This document shows positions 61,628 to 64,000 of a stretch of 64,000 nt of DNA, piece by piece. Both the position numbers and the translations under genes were made by a program. The stretch lies in assembly GCF_004010195.1 (NCBI RefSeq), contig NC_057717.1, positions 103,674,631 to 103,738,630 on the forward strand. The letters run 5' to 3'. The stretch is from Chiloscyllium plagiosum (taxonomy: Eukaryota). Every line of letters starts with the position of its first letter. The first letter of the stretch is position 1. The notes below the pieces were generated by a model. That model saw only the letters and a list, made by a program, of their open reading frames with translations, ran no database searches and was not told where the DNA came from.

Positions 61628-61950
61628 TCATAGAATCCCTACAGTGTGCAAACAGGCCCTTTAGCCCAACGGGTCCACACCGACCCTCCAAAGAGTAACC
61701 CAGCCATTCCCCTACCCTTACCCCTGACTAATGCACCGAACCTGAACACAATGGGCAATTTAGCATGGCCAATTCACCTGACCTGCACATCTTTGGATTG
61801 TGGGAGGAAACCGGAGCACCCGGAGGAAACCCACGCAGACACGGGGAGAATGTGCAAACTCCACACAGACAGTCGCCCGAGACTGGAATCGAACCCAGGT
61901 TCCTGGTGCTGTGAGACAGCAGTGCTAACCACTGAGCCACCATGCCGCAC
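61628..61950 (-). mobile_element. HE1-type SINE in GCLM-like intron 4
   Basis: Reverse-complement, full length; explains most of ORF 61646-62359. Confidence 0.88.
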
Positions 61951-62040
61951 AGGTTGGGCAACTAAAGATCCAACTGACTTGTCATTCCGAATTCAGGAAG
62001 CATGGAATTACAGAGGGCCTTTTTCCCTTTCCAATTACAG

Positions 62041-62243
62041 CCTGCTCGGAGCTCGGGGTCAGTCAGCTGGATTCGGTCATTCTCTCAGTTGTGGCCCTGT
62101 CGGAGGAGAACCGGCCAACTCTGGAGGACCTGATGCCTTACTGGAAGGAACTGGAGGTCTTGGTCCAAGGGCAGAAGGTTGCATCCATCGGAGTCTCAGA
62201 CTTGGACCGGGAAGTGCTGGAGGCCTTGTGCCAACACGCTCAG
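62041..62243 (+). CDS. GCLM: GCLM-like exon 5 (aldo-keto-reductase-like fold)
   Basis: TTTCCAATTACAG| acceptor; (A)CSELGVSQLDSVILSVVALSEENRPTLEDLMPYWKELEVLVQGQKVASIGVSDLDREVLEALCQHAQ; |GTATGC donor; 203 nt, phase 1-0. Carries GCLM motifs LGVxQLDSVI, PYWxELE and IGxSDLD. Exons 2-5 join into one open frame. Confidence 0.95.
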
Positions 62244-62779
62244 GTATGCTCCCCACCCCTACACCCCACACACACCCCTCCCCACTCACCCCGGTTTCTC
62301 TTCCGTCACCATTCTCCCGAAGCCTTGTTGCATTTACAGCTCCCCAATTCCTTACCTAGGTGGATATACTCCATCACCGGTGAGGACTTCAGTCAAAGCT
62401 CAGCATGTGTCCCTTTCCAGAGTGTAAACTCTCGCCTGAGCATCCCCTGCATTACTGAGGGACTGCTGCACTGCCAGATATGCTGGGTTTCTGATGAGGT
62501 GTGAAATCCAGGACCTCCTTGGCCTGAGTAATGATGCCACTGGGAGATGAACAGCCACATTCACCTTGACCAGTGTTTGTTCCTCTCTCAACATCGCCAA
62601 CAGAGTGAGTGATCACATCACCGTCTGCTGCTGCACTGTCCCTTCATTAAACATCGAGGATTCCAGAATGACAGACAGAGCCACCCACGTCAGGCTGACT
62701 CCAGGTTCAATCCCTGATCTGACCGCACTGTTCATCAGGTGCAATGGCAGCCGCAGAACCAAAACAGCTTAAAATCGTT

Positions 62780-63765
62780 GTGTCTCTGTGTGTGAGTGAG
62801 TGTATGAATGTGTGTGACTGTCTGTGTGAGAGAGTGTGTGTGCGCACATGTGTGAGTGTATGTATGTGTATGCATGTGTGCCTCACTGTACATATACGTG
62901 TCTATGTGGGCAAGTGTGTGTACGTGTGTATGTATGTGTGTCTGTGCATTCCTGTATGTACATGCAGATGCATATGTGTCCATGTGTATGTATCAGTGAG
63001 TCTTGTGCATGCATGTGTGTCTGTGCATGCATATATGTGTGTGCAAGTGTGTAGAGTGTTGTGTTTGGGAGTGTACAGACAGTGGTGTGTGATTGTATAG
63101 TGGGTGTGCACATGTATGTGAATGTGTGTCAGCAAGTGTGTAAAGTGTTGTGTAAGTGTTGGTGTGTGTGGGTGCATGTGTATGCATGCCTGTGTGAGTG
63201 ATTGTGTGCTTGTGCGTGAGAGTGCGTGTGTGTCTGTGTGTATGAGTGTGGATGTGTGAGAGAGTGTGCATGCATCTGTGTGTGTGAGGACTGTTTGTGT
63301 GTTTGCACGAGTGTGTGTGTATATTTGTATATGTGTGTGTATATGCATGTGTGTCTGACTATGCATATGCCTGTCTATGTGGGTATGTGTGTGCACATAT
63401 GCGTGTGTGTCTGTGCATGCATTTGTATATGTTCGTGTGTATGTGTCGACGAGTCTGTGTGCATGTATGTGTGTCTGTGTATGCATATATGTATGTGCGT
63501 TTATGTAGTGTGCATACAAGTGTGTGTGTGCAAGTGTGCAGAGTGTGTTGTGTGTGGGAATGTGTAGTGTGTGTGTGAACAAGTGGGGTGAGAATGTGTA
63601 GTGCTTGTGCACATGTATATGAGTGTGTGTGTGTGTATGTGACCAAGTATGTAAAGCTTGTGTGAGTGTCTGTGTTTGTGTGAGCGTGTGACAGAGAGAG
63701 GGTGTGTGTGTGTGTGTGAGAAAGAGAGAGAGAGAGTGTGTGTGTATGTATGTGTGTGAGTATGT
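62780..63765. repeat. ~1-kb degenerate (GT)n microsatellite in GCLM-like intron 5
   Basis: Directly visible; source of the HT-rich and VC-rich ORFs. Confidence 0.95.
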
Positions 63766-64000
63766 AGTGTTGATGTGGACTGAGATTCAGTGTAACACAT
63801 GTTGTAATTGAATAAGCCTGCATATTCTCTCTTATCAAGTCCCCACTCGGAGCAGGAAATATTGAATCCATCCACACCCTCTGTCAACAGGAAGGGTGTG
63901 AAGGCAATCAGAGAGGAGCAGATAAATATGAGAGAAATAAATCCGCAGAGAGAGAGAGAGAGGATAGAGACTGAGTTAACATTCCTCACGGAAAAATTCT

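Noticed and set aside
62566..62772. ORF containing CCCTVP and PDLTA, superficially like GCLM exon 6 (SCCVMPPDLTAF)
   Set aside because: The two motifs are ~25 residues apart, there is no VKPxxxQVNL, and PDLTA overlaps a SINE B-box-like GGTTCAATCC. True exon 6 is probably beyond the window.
62735..63989. His/Thr-rich and Val/Cys-rich ORFs
   Set aside because: Translations of a (GT)n/(CA)n microsatellite.

Overview
Vertebrate genomic DNA, very probably a shark or other elasmobranch (it is dense in HE1-type V-SINEs, CR1/HER1 LINE fragments, Deu-domain SINEs and Penelope-derived palindromes). Two protein-coding genes lie head-to-head. On the minus strand is the first coding exon of a VAV-family Rho/Rac GEF (38842-39045, probably VAV1); everything to its left appears to be a repeat-filled first intron of more than 38 kb. 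On the plus strand are five exons of a divergent glutamate-cysteine ligase modifier subunit gene (GCLM-like; ATG 54862, with exon 1 broken by an assembly gap; exons at 55664-55735, 57964-58048, 60504-60560, 62041-62243; the 3' exons lie beyond the window). Between the genes are a PU.1/RUNX-rich promoter region, a small CpG island with strong plus-strand splice donors, and a ~7.5-kb satellite with a 25-bp unit. Highlights: (1) seven antioxidant-response-element (NRF2/NF-E2-sMAF) motifs in ~450 bp just upstream of a TATA box and the GCLM-like ATG; (2) the GCLM-like protein looks like a Cys-rich, diverged second paralogue, possibly a whole-genome-duplication ohnologue absent from mammals; (3) several Penelope-derived hairpin elements carry minimal hammerhead ribozyme cores. 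Most ORFs in the track are repeat artefacts. Repeat coordinates are approximate, and homology calls come from remembered sequences, not from a search.
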